From assembly GCA_035280265.1 (NCBI GenBank), contig DATEGE010000147.1, forward strand, positions 7,135 through 71,134: 64,000 bases of DNA. Direction: 5' to 3'. Each line of letters opens with the position of its first letter. The first letter of the stretch is position 1. Shown here piece by piece: positions 37,158 through 46,519 of this stretch. The DNA is from Gemmatimonadales bacterium (lineage in GTDB: Bacteria > Gemmatimonadota > Gemmatimonadetes > Gemmatimonadales > GWC2-71-9). The translations under genes were made by a program, and so were the position numbers. Under the pieces are notes generated by a model. That model saw only the letters and a program-made list of their open reading frames with translations. It ran no database searches and was not told where the DNA came from.

Positions 37158-38212
37158 AGCACGAGCACAAGATCGCCGTGATCGCTGGTGACGGGATCGG
37201 GCCGGAAGTGATCGAGGCGGCGATCCCCGTCCTCGAGCGCGCGGCATCGAAGCACGGCTTCGTGCTCGACTTCGAACGCCTCCCGTACGGCGCCGATCAT
37301 TACCTCTCCACGCAGGAGACGCTACCCGACGCCGCGTTCCGCCACCTCCGCGACGACGTGGACGCCATCCTGCTCGGCGCCATCGGCGACCCCAGACTCC
37401 CTGGCAACGAGCACGCGCGCGAGATCCTGCTCGGCCTGCGCTTCAAGCTCGATCTGTACATCAATTTTCGTCCCATTCGCCTCCTGCATCCCGATCTCAC
37501 CCCCCTCCGCCTTGACCGTCCGACCGTCCGACCGTCCGACCGTCCGACCATTGACTTCGCGATCTTCCGGGAGAACACCGAGGGCGTCTACCTCGGCCGC
37601 GGCCGGATCACGGGAAACGAGTACGTGGCGGAAGAGGTGAACACGGCAAGCGGCGTGGAGCGCATCATCCGGGCGGCGTTCCAGTGGGCCAAGCTGCACG
37701 GCAAGACCCGGGTGACGATGAGCGATAAAGCGAACGCCGTGCCCGCGCACCGAGTGTGGCAGGACACCTTCAAGCGCGTCGCCGCCGATTTCGCCGGCAT
37801 CGAGGCCGAGCATCGCTACGTCGACGCGCTCGCCATGGAGATGGTGCGCGAGCCCGAGCGCTTCCAGGTGATCGTCACGAACAATCTGTATGGCGACATC
37901 CTCTCGGACCTGGGCGCGGGCTTGGTCGGCGGGCTGGGGCTCGCCGCCAGCGCCAACCTGCATCCGGGGCGGGCGGGGTTGTTCGAGCCGGTGCACGGCT
38001 CGGCTCCACCCCTCGCGGGCAAGGGCACCGCCAACCCGATGGCAGCGGTGCTGACGGGCGCGCTGATGTGCGAGCAGTTGGGGCATCCGGAGGCGGCGCG
38101 CGACCTGGAAGGGGCGGCGCAGCGAACGATCGCGGCGGGCGTCCGGACGCCGGATATCGGCGGCCAGGCGACGACCGCACACGTGGCCAAGGCGATTGTC
38201 CGCGAGCTCTAA
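37154..38212 (+). CDS. isocitrate/isopropylmalate dehydrogenase family enzyme (tartrate/D-malate or 3-isopropylmalate dehydrogenase-like)
   Basis: The GTG start overlaps the upstream TGA. Motifs are KIAVIAGDGIGPEV, FRENTEGVY and NLYGDILSDLGAGLVGGLGLAASANL. It contains a repeat-encoded insert. Confidence 0.8.
   Translation: MKHEHKIAVIAGDGIGPEVIEAAIPVLERAASKHGFVLDFERLPYGADHYLSTQETLPDAAFRHLRDDVDAILLGAIGDPRLPGNEHAREILLGLRFKLDLYINFRPIRLLHPDLTPLRLDRPTVRPSDRPTIDFAIFRENTEGVYLGRGRITGNEYVAEEVNTASGVERIIRAAFQWAKLHGKTRVTMSDKANAVPAHRVWQDTFKRVAADFAGIEAEHRYVDALAMEMVREPERFQVIVTNNLYGDILSDLGAGLVGGLGLAASANLHPGRAGLFEPVHGSAPPLAGKGTANPMAAVLTGALMCEQLGHPEAARDLEGAAQRTIAAGVRTPDIGGQATTAHVAKAIVREL
37514..37549. repeat. 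GACCGTCC octamer x4.5 inside the dehydrogenase ORF
   Basis: GACCGTCC GACCGTCC GACCGTCC GACCGTCC GACC is translated in frame as DRPTVRPSDRPT. It is flanked by TTGAC on both sides (37512-16 and 37551-55). Confidence 0.85.
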
Positions 38213-38948
38213 CGCGACGGTTCCCTTGGTAGGAGTACTGGCGCTGGCGGCGGTGACGATCGCGGCGCAGTCACCACGGGCGGCCAACCCCGAGCGCCCC
38301 ACCTTCGCCACCCACGCCTACGCGGTCGCACCCGGGTACGTCGAGCTCGAGCAGGGGCTTGCGGCGCGCGGCGTCGCGTCGCTGCGCGAAGAAACGCGCT
38401 GGGACGTCAACCTGAAGGTTGGCGTCTCGCACCACGCGCAGGCAGCGCTCTTCGGGCCGCTGTACGGCCGCATCGCCGGCGGCACGGGGATCGGGGACTT
38501 TGGCGCAGCGCTCAAGCTGCGGACCGAGCTGTCGCCTCAAACATCTGGGGCGATCGTCACCACTGTCACCGCCCCGACCGGCAACGCGGCGCGGGGGTTG
38601 GGCGCGGGACGCGCCCTCGCCGGTCTCATCGCGGTCGTGAGCGTCGATCTGCCCGCCGGCGTTCACCTCGATGCCAACGCTGGGCCTCAAGGCATCGGGG
38701 CGGGCGCGCCCCAATGGTTCCTGTCGCTCGGCGGTGCCCGGGCTCTGGGCCGGGCGGGCGTCACGGTCGAGGTCTTCCACTTCACGGACGGCGGCGTGGG
38801 CTCACGCCTCGCCGGAGTGTTGGGCGCGATGACGCTGCGAGTGGTTGAATGGGTGGTGGTGGACGCCGGCGGGGTGGTACGCACGACCAGCGGCACGCCG
38901 GACCAAGTCTTCGTGGGATGCACGACAAACCTGGGACGGCTGTTTTGA
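38196..38948 (+). CDS. hypothetical secreted / outer-membrane protein
   Basis: ORF track. The signal is LVGVLALAAVTIAAQ, with a Gly/Ala-rich beta-strand-like pattern and a C-terminal ...NLGRLF. The start is uncertain. Confidence 0.45.
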   Translation: MSASSNATVPLVGVLALAAVTIAAQSPRAANPERPTFATHAYAVAPGYVELEQGLAARGVASLREETRWDVNLKVGVSHHAQAALFGPLYGRIAGGTGIGDFGAALKLRTELSPQTSGAIVTTVTAPTGNAARGLGAGRALAGLIAVVSVDLPAGVHLDANAGPQGIGAGAPQWFLSLGGARALGRAGVTVEVFHFTDGGVGSRLAGVLGAMTLRVVEWVVVDAGGVVRTTSGTPDQVFVGCTTNLGRLF

Positions 38949-40273
38949 CACGCGATCTCGCCCGCGTCCTTACGCTTCGCGACCTCGTCCTCATCGTCGT
39001 CGGCACCACCATCGGCTCGGGCATTTTCACGGTGCCCGGGGCGGTGCTGCGCCAGTCGGGCGGGGACATCGGCGTGGCGTCGGTGGTGTGGGTGGTGGGG
39101 AGCGTGCTCGCGCTGCTCGGCGCTCTCACCTTCGGCGAGCTGGGCGCCATGCTGCCGGACGCCGGGGGCAGTTACGTGTACGTGCGCGAGGCGTTCGGCC
39201 GAACCCCCGCGTTCCTGCTGGGGTGGACGCTGTTCCTCGCGATCAATACCGGCTCCACCGCGACGCTGGCCGTGGCGTTCGCCAACTACCTGGGTGAGCT
39301 GTGGCCGCTCACGCCGGTCAGCCACAAGCTCGCCGGCGTCTTGATGATCGCCGCCGTGAGCGCGGTGAACATCCGCGGCGTGCGGCAGGCCGCGTCGCTC
39401 CAGAACTGGAGCACGGCGCTCAAAGTGGGTGCGATCCTCGCGCTCGCCGTCGCCGGCCTCGCCGTGGGCGACGGGTTTCGCCGCCCCGACACCCGCGCGT
39501 TCGCCACGCCAGTCTCGCTCGCCTCGCTGTCCGCAGCCGGCGTCGGGTTGCTGGGCGTCCTGTGGGCCTACGAAGGCTGGCAGAACGTGACCAACTCGGC
39601 GGGCGAAGCGGCGGACCCCCAGCGCACCTTCGCGCGGGGGATTGGCCTCGGGACTGTCGTGCTGGTGACGATTTACCTCGCGGCGAACGTCGGATACGTG
39701 GCGGCGGTGGGTGCGTCAGGGGTCGCCGCGTCTGACCGTATCGCTGCGGACAGCGTGCGCGCGCTGCTGGGACCGGCGGCGGCGAACATCGTGACGTTGG
39801 TGATCCTCGTGTCGATCTTCAGCGCGGCCAACGGGCTCGCCCTCACTGGGCCGCGGATGTACTTCGCCATGGCGAGAGACGGCGTCTTTTTTGAGTCCCT
39901 CGCGGAGGTGCATCCTCGATTCGGCACCCCCGCCCGAGCCGTGGCCACGAGCGCGGTGTGGGCGGCGTTGCTCGCGCTGAGCGGCACCTTCGAGCAGCTC
40001 CTCACCTACGTCGTGTTCGCGAGCTGGATCTTCGCGGCGCTTGCCGCGGCGAGCGTATTCGTGCTGCGCCGTCGCCGGCCCGATGCGCCGCGCCCGTTCC
40101 GCGTGCCGGGGTACCCAGTCACCCCAGCGCTGTTCATCGCGGCCGCGCTGGCGATCGTAGTGAACACCGTTACCGCGCGGCCGGTGCAGGCGCTGATCGG
40201 GCTGGGGATTATGGCGACGGGGGTGCCGGCGTACTTCGCGTGGAGACGGCGGCGCGCCATATTCCTGCCATGA
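38918..40273 (+). CDS. amino acid permease (APC superfamily)
   Basis: It has about 12 hydrophobic segments and the N-terminal motif LTLRDLVLIVVGTTIGSGIF. The start is ATG 38918 or TTG 38945. Confidence 0.8.
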   Translation: MHDKPGTAVLTRDLARVLTLRDLVLIVVGTTIGSGIFTVPGAVLRQSGGDIGVASVVWVVGSVLALLGALTFGELGAMLPDAGGSYVYVREAFGRTPAFLLGWTLFLAINTGSTATLAVAFANYLGELWPLTPVSHKLAGVLMIAAVSAVNIRGVRQAASLQNWSTALKVGAILALAVAGLAVGDGFRRPDTRAFATPVSLASLSAAGVGLLGVLWAYEGWQNVTNSAGEAADPQRTFARGIGLGTVVLVTIYLAANVGYVAAVGASGVAASDRIAADSVRALLGPAAANIVTLVILVSIFSAANGLALTGPRMYFAMARDGVFFESLAEVHPRFGTPARAVATSAVWAALLALSGTFEQLLTYVVFASWIFAALAAASVFVLRRRRPDAPRPFRVPGYPVTPALFIAAALAIVVNTVTARPVQALIGLGIMATGVPAYFAWRRRRAIFLP

Positions 40274-41952
40274 AGCGTCGCGCGTCGGGGCTGGCCGTCA
40301 GCGCTCTTGTGTGCGTCGGCGCCCTTGCCACCGGACAGGAATCTCGCTCCCGTCCCACCACCATGGCCCATCGCTCCACGGTGTACGCGCCGCACGGGAC
40401 CATCGCTACGAGCCAGCCGCTCGCCACCGCCGCCGGGATCGCGGTGTTGGAGCACGGGGGCAACGCCATCGATGCCGCGGTCACGGCAGCCGCCGTGCTG
40501 AACGTCGTCGAGCCGATGATGACCGGGATCGGCGGCGACATGTTCGCCATCGTGTGGTCGGCCAAGGACCACAGACTCTACGGCCTGAATTCCAGCGGCC
40601 GCGCCGGCCGACTCATGACCCGTGAAGCGCTGCTGGCGCGCGGGCATCGATCGATGCCCGAGCTCAGCGTCGAGGACGTGACCGTGCCGGGAGCACTCGC
40701 CGGCTGGGATGCGCTGCTCCAGCGCTTCGGCACTATCACGCTGGCGCAGGCGCTGGCACCTGCCATCGGGTACGCGGAGTCCGGGTTCCCGGTCACGCCG
40801 ATCATCGCGCGCGACTGGGCGAGCGAGGCGTCGCGGCTCGCCCGCGACGCGGGCGCACGGCAGACGTTCCTCGTCGACGGCACGCGCGCCCCACACGCTG
40901 GCGAGTGGTTCACCAACCCCGACCTCGCCCGCTCCTTTCGGCTGATCGCGGCTCAGGGGCCCTCGGCCTTGTACGGCGGCGAGCTGGGACAGCGGATCGT
41001 CGCGGGCCTCGAGCGGCTGGGCGGCTACCTCACACTCGACGATCTGCGCGACCATCGGCCCGAGTGGGTGGAGCCGATTTCCGCACCCTTCAAGGGATAT
41101 CGCGTGTGGGAGCTGCCGCCCAACGGCCAGGGCGTCGCGGCACTCGAAATGCTCCGGATGCTCGAGCCATACGACCTGCGCGGCCTGGGGCACAACTCCG
41201 CACCTTACCTGCACCTCCTCATCGAAGCGAAGAAGCTCGCGTTCGCGGACGCGGCGCGGTACGTCGGCGAGCCTGCGGCGATGCAGGTGTCTGCCGCCGC
41301 GCTGCTCGACGACGGTTTCGTCGCCGCGCGACGCGCGCTGATCGACCCAAAGCGCGCAGCCGATCGACCCGAAGCGGGTACAGCAAGCGCGAGCGAGACC
41401 ATCTACCTCACCGTCGCCGACAGTGCGGGCAACATGGTCTCGTTCATCAATTCGCTGTTCGATGCATTTGGCTCAGGCGTGGCCGTACCGGGAACGGGGT
41501 TCGCGCTCCAGGATCGCGGCGCGGGGTTCACGCTGGATCCCGGTCTGCCCAATACGATCGCGCCCGGAAAGCGCCCGTTTCACACGCTCATCCCAGCGTT
41601 CGTCACCAAGCCCGACGGGAACGGCGTCGAGCAGCCGTGGATGAGCTTCGGCGTGATGGGCGGCTCGATGCAACCGCAGGGTCACGTGCAGGTGCTGCTC
41701 AACCTGTTGGTGTTCGACATGGACCTACAGGACGCGATCGACGCGCCACGGTTCCGGCATCTCGCGGGCCGGAGGGTAGCGCTGGAGGCGCCGATCGGCG
41801 ACGCGGCGAGGCGCACCCTGACCGCTCTGGGCCACGAGATTGCGGACGAGCGCGCGGTGGCGTTCGGAGGCGCGCAGGCCATCATCCGTCTGCCGCATGG
41901 CTATGCCGCGGGCTCGGACCCGCGGAAGGACGGAATGGCCGCGGGATATTAG
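40270..41952 (+). CDS. ggt: gamma-glutamyltransferase
   Basis: The ATG overlaps the upstream TGA. The signal is MKRRASGLAVSALVCVGALA. Motifs are GGNAIDAAV, EPMMTGIGGD, GKRPFHTLIPAF (nucleophile Thr) and GVMGGSMQPQG. Confidence 0.85.
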   Translation: MKRRASGLAVSALVCVGALATGQESRSRPTTMAHRSTVYAPHGTIATSQPLATAAGIAVLEHGGNAIDAAVTAAAVLNVVEPMMTGIGGDMFAIVWSAKDHRLYGLNSSGRAGRLMTREALLARGHRSMPELSVEDVTVPGALAGWDALLQRFGTITLAQALAPAIGYAESGFPVTPIIARDWASEASRLARDAGARQTFLVDGTRAPHAGEWFTNPDLARSFRLIAAQGPSALYGGELGQRIVAGLERLGGYLTLDDLRDHRPEWVEPISAPFKGYRVWELPPNGQGVAALEMLRMLEPYDLRGLGHNSAPYLHLLIEAKKLAFADAARYVGEPAAMQVSAAALLDDGFVAARRALIDPKRAADRPEAGTASASETIYLTVADSAGNMVSFINSLFDAFGSGVAVPGTGFALQDRGAGFTLDPGLPNTIAPGKRPFHTLIPAFVTKPDGNGVEQPWMSFGVMGGSMQPQGHVQVLLNLLVFDMDLQDAIDAPRFRHLAGRRVALEAPIGDAARRTLTALGHEIADERAVAFGGAQAIIRLPHGYAAGSDPRKDGMAAGY

Positions 41953-42575
41953 GGCCCCCTCTTCATTTCTTGTAGCTCGCGCGCGGCCCCCACCCCGAGG
42001 GACGTGCCCTGCTGCCGTTCCGCCAGTCGCGCAAGCTCGACCATCAGTCGCTCACGGCGACCGAGCTTGCGATACAGGTCGATCAGACCGTTCGTCACTG
42101 GGATCTCGAGCCGGGGATCGTCGCTCAGCCGACGCACGGCGAGATACTGCTCCTCCGCGCCCGCGAGGTCCCGCAGGTGCCGCTCCAGCAGGTCGGCCAG
42201 GCGTAGCCTCGCGTCGACGTCCTCCGGTGCGATGCGAATGTGATCGCGGAAGTAATCCGCCGCTTCGGCGTACTTCCCTTGGCCGATGAGGAGATCCTGG
42301 TGTGGATAGCTGGGCGGTGGAGTGATGTTCCCCGCCGCGGTCGCCATGTGCGCCACGCCCACCGATGTAGTCCGCACGACGAGAAAAATCACGCCGACCC
42401 CGACGACAGTGATCGGAATGTTCGCCGCGAGGAGCAGCAGGTACGTCGCCCCGGAGATGTCGCCTTTGACGAACAGGAACGTCCACGCGGCCGATAGGAT
42501 GAAGATGCAGGCCGGCCCGAACAGCACGCCGATCCGGGCCAGATCCATCGCGTCGTGCGTCTCGAACGCCTTCAT
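41949..42575 (-). CDS. membrane protein with a C-terminal TPR-like helical region
   Basis: The start is MKAFETHD at 42575. It has two or three TM segments, then GQGKYAEAADYFRDHIRIAPEDVDARLRLADLL. Confidence 0.5.
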   Translation of the reverse strand: MKAFETHDAMDLARIGVLFGPACIFILSAAWTFLFVKGDISGATYLLLLAANIPITVVGVGVIFLVVRTTSVGVAHMATAAGNITPPPSYPHQDLLIGQGKYAEAADYFRDHIRIAPEDVDARLRLADLLERHLRDLAGAEEQYLAVRRLSDDPRLEIPVTNGLIDLYRKLGRRERLMVELARLAERQQGTSLGVGAARELQEMKRGP

Positions 42576-42699
42576 CGTGTCGAATTTATGGCCGACGCCG
42601 GTCCACGCCGCCCCCAGCCCCGCTGCCCCGCCGCCCCGCCGCCCTACCGCCCCCCCACTAACCCCCCGATATTCCCCTCGTCTCACGTGGAGCTTCCCC

Positions 42700-43908
42700 A
42701 TGAAGACCCAAGGATCCAATACAGATGTCGTCTTTGTGTCCGGCGTGCGCACCGGGTTCGGCACCTTCGGCGGCACGCTCAAGGACCTGTCGGCCATAGA
42801 GCTCGGCGCGGTCGCGGCGAAACATGCACTCGAGCGCTCGGGGGTACCGGCGGCGGACGTCGGCCACTCGGTGTTCGGGAATGCCCTCCAGACCTCGTCC
42901 GATGCCATCTACTGCGCTCGTCACATCGGGCTCAAGGCGGGACTCCCGATCGAGGTCCCCGCCGTCACGGTGAACCGCCTGTGCGGCTCCGGATTCGAAG
43001 CGATCACCCAGGGTGCCCAGCTCATCATCCTGGGCGAGGCGCAAGCGGTGCTCGCCGGCGGCACCGAGTCGATGAGCCAGGCCCCGCACGTGGTGCGCGG
43101 TGCGCGCTGGGGCCTGCGGCTCGGTCCCGCGGCTCCGCTCGAGGACCTGCTGTGGGAAGCGCTCAAGGACCCGCAGTGCGGACTGTCGATGGCGGAGACG
43201 GCCGAGGGCCTCGCCGAGCAGTACCAGCTCGCGCGCAAGGAAGTGGACGAGGTGGCGCTCGCCTCGCAGCAGCGCGCCAAGCAAGCATGGGACGCCTGCG
43301 TCTTCCAGGACGAAGTGGTGCCCGTTCCGGTCAAGGGCAAGAAGGGCGAGACGGTGGAGTATCGCGCGGACGAGCACATGCGACCCAACACGACGCTCGA
43401 CGTCCTGCTCTCGCTCAAGCCCTACTTCAAGAAGGATGGTCTCGTGACCGCTGGCAACGCCTCCGGGATCGTGGACGGCGCGGCAGCGACAGTGATCGCG
43501 GGCGCCGACTACGCCAAAGCGCACGCGCTCAAGCCGCTGGGCCGGCTGGTGGCGTGGGGGGTAGCGGGCGTCGAGCCCAAGTACATGGGCATCGGTCCCG
43601 CCCCCGCTGCGCGCAAGGTGCTGCAGAAGGCGGGCATGAAGCTCGAGCAGATGGACCTCGTCGAGGTGAACGAGGCGTTCGCGCCTCAGTACCTCGCGGT
43701 CGAGAAGGAGCTCGGACTCGACCGCGCCAGGACGAACGTTCACGGCGGCGCGATCGCGATTGGCCATCCCCTCGCCGCCACCGGCACGCGCATCACGATT
43801 CATCTGCTGCATGCCTTGCGGCGCGCGAAGCAGCGCTTTGGGCTCGGCTCCGCTTGCATCGGCGGCGGCCAGGGCGCGGCCGTGATCGTGGAAGCGTTCC
43901 CAGCCTGA
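42700..43908 (+). CDS. acetyl-CoA C-acetyltransferase (thiolase II)
   Basis: GGAG lies 8 nt before ATG 42700. Motifs are [12 protein letters not shown] (active Cys), [17 protein letters not shown] and [10 protein letters not shown]. Confidence 0.9.
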   Translation: MKTQGSNTDVVFVSGVRTGFGTFGGTLKDLSAIELGAVAAKHALERSGVPAADVGHSVFGNALQTSSDAIYCARHIGLKAGLPIEVPAVTVNRLCGSGFEAITQGAQLIILGEAQAVLAGGTESMSQAPHVVRGARWGLRLGPAAPLEDLLWEALKDPQCGLSMAETAEGLAEQYQLARKEVDEVALASQQRAKQAWDACVFQDEVVPVPVKGKKGETVEYRADEHMRPNTTLDVLLSLKPYFKKDGLVTAGNASGIVDGAAATVIAGADYAKAHALKPLGRLVAWGVAGVEPKYMGIGPAPAARKVLQKAGMKLEQMDLVEVNEAFAPQYLAVEKELGLDRARTNVHGGAIAIGHPLAATGTRITIHLLHALRRAKQRFGLGSACIGGGQGAAVIVEAFPA

Positions 43909-43918
43909 GGAGGCCTCT

Positions 43919-44749
43919 ATGGACGTAGTGGTGACCGCCGTCCTCGGCGTGCTGGCGTTGTATCTCTTCGGCGGCCTCAAGGTGCTGCGCGAGTATGAGC
44001 GCGCCGTGTATTTCTTCCTGGGTCGCTCCTGGGGCGCCAAAGGCCCCGGCCTGATCTATGTGCCGCCGCTGTTCGCCAAGACCCAGACCGTGTCGCTCCG
44101 GGTCGTGGCGATGGACATCCCACCGCAGGACGTCATCACCCGCGACAACATCTCGATCAAGGTGAACGCGGTCCTCTACATGCTGGTGAAGGATCCGGTG
44201 AAGGCCGTCATCGGCGTCGAGAACTACTTGTATGCCACCAGCCAGCTCGCGCAGACGACGCTGCGGTCCGTGCTCGGGGAGACGGAGCTCGACGAGCTGC
44301 TCATGAACCGGGAGAAGATCAACAACATCCTGAAGAACATCATCGACAAGCGCACGGAGAACTGGGGCATCGAGGTCGCCGCCGTCGAAGTAAAGGACGT
44401 GGATTTGCCGCCCGAGATGAAGCGCGCGATGGCACGGCAGGCGGAAGCGGAGCGCGAGCGCCGCGCCAAGGTGATCAACGCGGAGGGTGAGCTGCAAGCA
44501 TCGGAGAAGCTCGCCCAGGCCGCGCGCATCATCGGCGCCGAGCCGGCAGCGATCCAGCTGCGCTACCTCCAGACGGTGACGGAGATCTCCTCGGAGAACA
44601 ACTCCACCACGTTCTTCCCGATTCCGATCGACCTGTTCAAGGGGTTCCTCGAGACCGTGACCAAGAAGAACCCGGCGCCGGCGTTGCCCGAGAAGGCCTC
44701 CGGGGAGACGCTTCCGGCGGAGCCGAGTAAGGCGAAGGCCGGGGGCTAG
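43919..44749 (+). CDS. SPFH/band-7 (stomatin-like) membrane protein
   Basis: An N-terminal TM is followed by [20 protein letters not shown] and the coiled region [22 protein letters not shown]. Confidence 0.85.
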   Translation: MDVVVTAVLGVLALYLFGGLKVLREYERAVYFFLGRSWGAKGPGLIYVPPLFAKTQTVSLRVVAMDIPPQDVITRDNISIKVNAVLYMLVKDPVKAVIGVENYLYATSQLAQTTLRSVLGETELDELLMNREKINNILKNIIDKRTENWGIEVAAVEVKDVDLPPEMKRAMARQAEAERERRAKVINAEGELQASEKLAQAARIIGAEPAAIQLRYLQTVTEISSENNSTTFFPIPIDLFKGFLETVTKKNPAPALPEKASGETLPAEPSKAKAGG

Positions 44750-44751
44750 GG

Positions 44752-45570
44752 ATGGCGGGCGAGCTCATCGGGCGCGAGGCGCTCGAGCGCATCATCCAGC
44801 GGGCGGCGGAGCTGCAGGCCGGAGAGCGCGACATCGGCGAGGGACTGAGCGAGGCCGAGCTCCTCGCCCTCGGCCAGGACGTGGGCATCCCGGCACGCTA
44901 CCTCCGGCAGGCGCTGCTGGAAGAGCGCACCCGTCCCCCCATCGTGGAGCGGGGCGGCCTGTTGGGATGGCTGGTAGGTCCCGGTCGGCTCGCCGCCCAA
45001 CGCGTCGTGGCGGGCGAGCCCGCCGCCGTGCAGCGGGCGCTCGACGCCTGGATGCAGCAAGACGAGCTGCTGCAAGTGAAGCGCCGCCATGCGGATCACA
45101 CGACGTGGGAGCCGAAGGTCGGGGCGATGGCGTCGATCCAACGCGCGTTGGGATCGGGTGGCCGCCGGTTCGCGCTCGCGCGTGCCGCGGAAGTGGCCGG
45201 CCGGGTCACGCCGCTCGAGAGCGGCTTCTGCCACGTGCAGCTGTCCGCCGACGTGCGGAACATCCGCACGCAGCGGGTCGCCGGCGCCGCCACCCTGGTC
45301 GGCGTCGGCGCCGTCGCGACCGTCTTGCTACTCACGCTGGGCGTGCTCACGCCGATCCCGTACGTGCCCCTGCTGGCTCTCGGAGCCGCGGCCGTGCCGG
45401 TGCTCCGTAGTCACCACGCCCAACACGAGCAGATCCGCGTCGGGCTGGAGCAGGTGCTGGACCGGCTGGAGCGCGGCGAGATCAAGCCGGAGCACGCCCT
45501 ACCCGGGCTCAAGGCGAGCCCGCTGGTGCGCATCGCGGACGAGATCCGCAAGGCGTTCGAGACCATTTGA
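44752..45570 (+). CDS. hypothetical membrane protein
   Basis: ORF track, 272 aa. It has two adjacent TM segments near residues 185-225. It is packed between the SPFH and hbd genes. Confidence 0.5.
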   Translation: MAGELIGREALERIIQRAAELQAGERDIGEGLSEAELLALGQDVGIPARYLRQALLEERTRPPIVERGGLLGWLVGPGRLAAQRVVAGEPAAVQRALDAWMQQDELLQVKRRHADHTTWEPKVGAMASIQRALGSGGRRFALARAAEVAGRVTPLESGFCHVQLSADVRNIRTQRVAGAATLVGVGAVATVLLLTLGVLTPIPYVPLLALGAAAVPVLRSHHAQHEQIRVGLEQVLDRLERGEIKPEHALPGLKASPLVRIADEIRKAFETI

Positions 45571-45577
45571 TCGAGAC

Positions 45578-46465
45578 ATGACCGACATCAAACGCGTTGG
45601 CGTGTTGGGCGCGGGCCTCATGGGCAGTGGGATCGCGCAGGTGGCGGCGACCGCGGGGTACGAGACGATCGTGCGTGACGTGTCGCAGCAGGTGTGGGAC
45701 ACGGCGCGCCCCGCGATCGAGAAGTCGCTCGCCAAGTTCGTGGACAAGGGCAAGCTTCCCGCCGCCGACCGCGAGGCCACGCTCAAGCGGCTGCGCTTCA
45801 CGACCGCGACGGCCGACCTGAAGGCGTGCGACATCGTGGTCGAGGCGGTCACCGAAGACCTGGAGCGGAAGAACGGGCTGTGGAAGGAACTCGACGGCCT
45901 GTGCGGCCCAGCGACCATCTTCGCGTCGAACACGTCCAGCCTCACGATCGCCGCTATGGCCGCGGTCACCCGGCGCGCCGATCGCTTCGTCGGCTTGCAT
46001 TTTTTCAACCCGGTGCCTCTGATGCCCCTCGTCGAAGTGGTCCGGACCGTGACGACCTCGGACGAGACGTTCGCGCGCGCCTTCGCGTTCGCGCGGTCGC
46101 TCGGCAAGGAGGCCGTGGCGGCGAAGGACACCTCCGGCTTCATCGTCAACCTGCTGCTCGTGCCCTATCTGCTCGACGCCATTCGCGCCGTGGAGCGCGG
46201 CGTGGGTAGCGTCCCCGATATCGACAAAGCGATGCAGCTCGGCTGCGGCTACCCGATGGGTCCGCTCACCCTGCTCGACTTCGTGGGACTCGACACCACC
46301 TACAGGATCGCCGAGATCATGTTCACCGAGTATCGCGAGCAGCGCTACGCGCCGCCACCGCTCTTGAAGCGCATGGTGCTGGCCGGAATGAACGGGCGGA
46401 AGAGCGGCAAGGGATTCTACGACTACTCCGTCGATCCGCCCAAAGTCGTCGCGTTGGGCGTCTGA
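45578..46465 (+). CDS. hbd: 3-hydroxybutyryl-CoA dehydrogenase
   Basis: The start is MTDIKRVGVLGAGLMGSGIAQVAA (Rossmann). Further motifs are FFNPVPLMPLVEV and GFIVNRLL-like (GFIVNLLL). Confidence 0.9.
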   Translation: MTDIKRVGVLGAGLMGSGIAQVAATAGYETIVRDVSQQVWDTARPAIEKSLAKFVDKGKLPAADREATLKRLRFTTATADLKACDIVVEAVTEDLERKNGLWKELDGLCGPATIFASNTSSLTIAAMAAVTRRADRFVGLHFFNPVPLMPLVEVVRTVTTSDETFARAFAFARSLGKEAVAAKDTSGFIVNLLLVPYLLDAIRAVERGVGSVPDIDKAMQLGCGYPMGPLTLLDFVGLDTTYRIAEIMFTEYREQRYAPPPLLKRMVLAGMNGRKSGKGFYDYSVDPPKVVALGV

Positions 46466-46468
46466 CAC

Positions 46469-46519
46469 GTCCCTGGTCCCAGTCCCTAATCCCGAGTCCC
46501 TAATCCCGAGTCCCCAATC
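46469..46519. repeat. tandem TCCCNRR heptamers (including a 14-mer x2.8) filling the hbd-DUF2231 spacer
   Basis: The sequence is GTCCCTG GTCCCAG TCCCTAA TCCCGAG TCCCTAA TCCCGAG TCCCCAA TC, followed directly by ATG 46520. Confidence 0.8.

Noticed and set aside
41949-41952. Convergent ggt and TPR-protein genes share overlapping stop codons (TTAG), with no intergenic terminator.
   Set aside because: It is real in the sequence but a trivial consequence of dense packing, and I have no functional inference from it.
42600-42670. A C-rich tract with GCCGCCCC-like repeats in the divergent thiolase / TPR-protein spacer.
   Set aside because: It is low-complexity and imperfect. I cannot distinguish it from compositional bias without statistics, so I did not call it a feature.
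46469-46519. Tandem repeats, considered as a possible CRISPR array or minisatellite.
   Set aside because: The units are only 7-14 nt with no spacers, and no cas genes are present. I reported it as a short tandem repeat instead.
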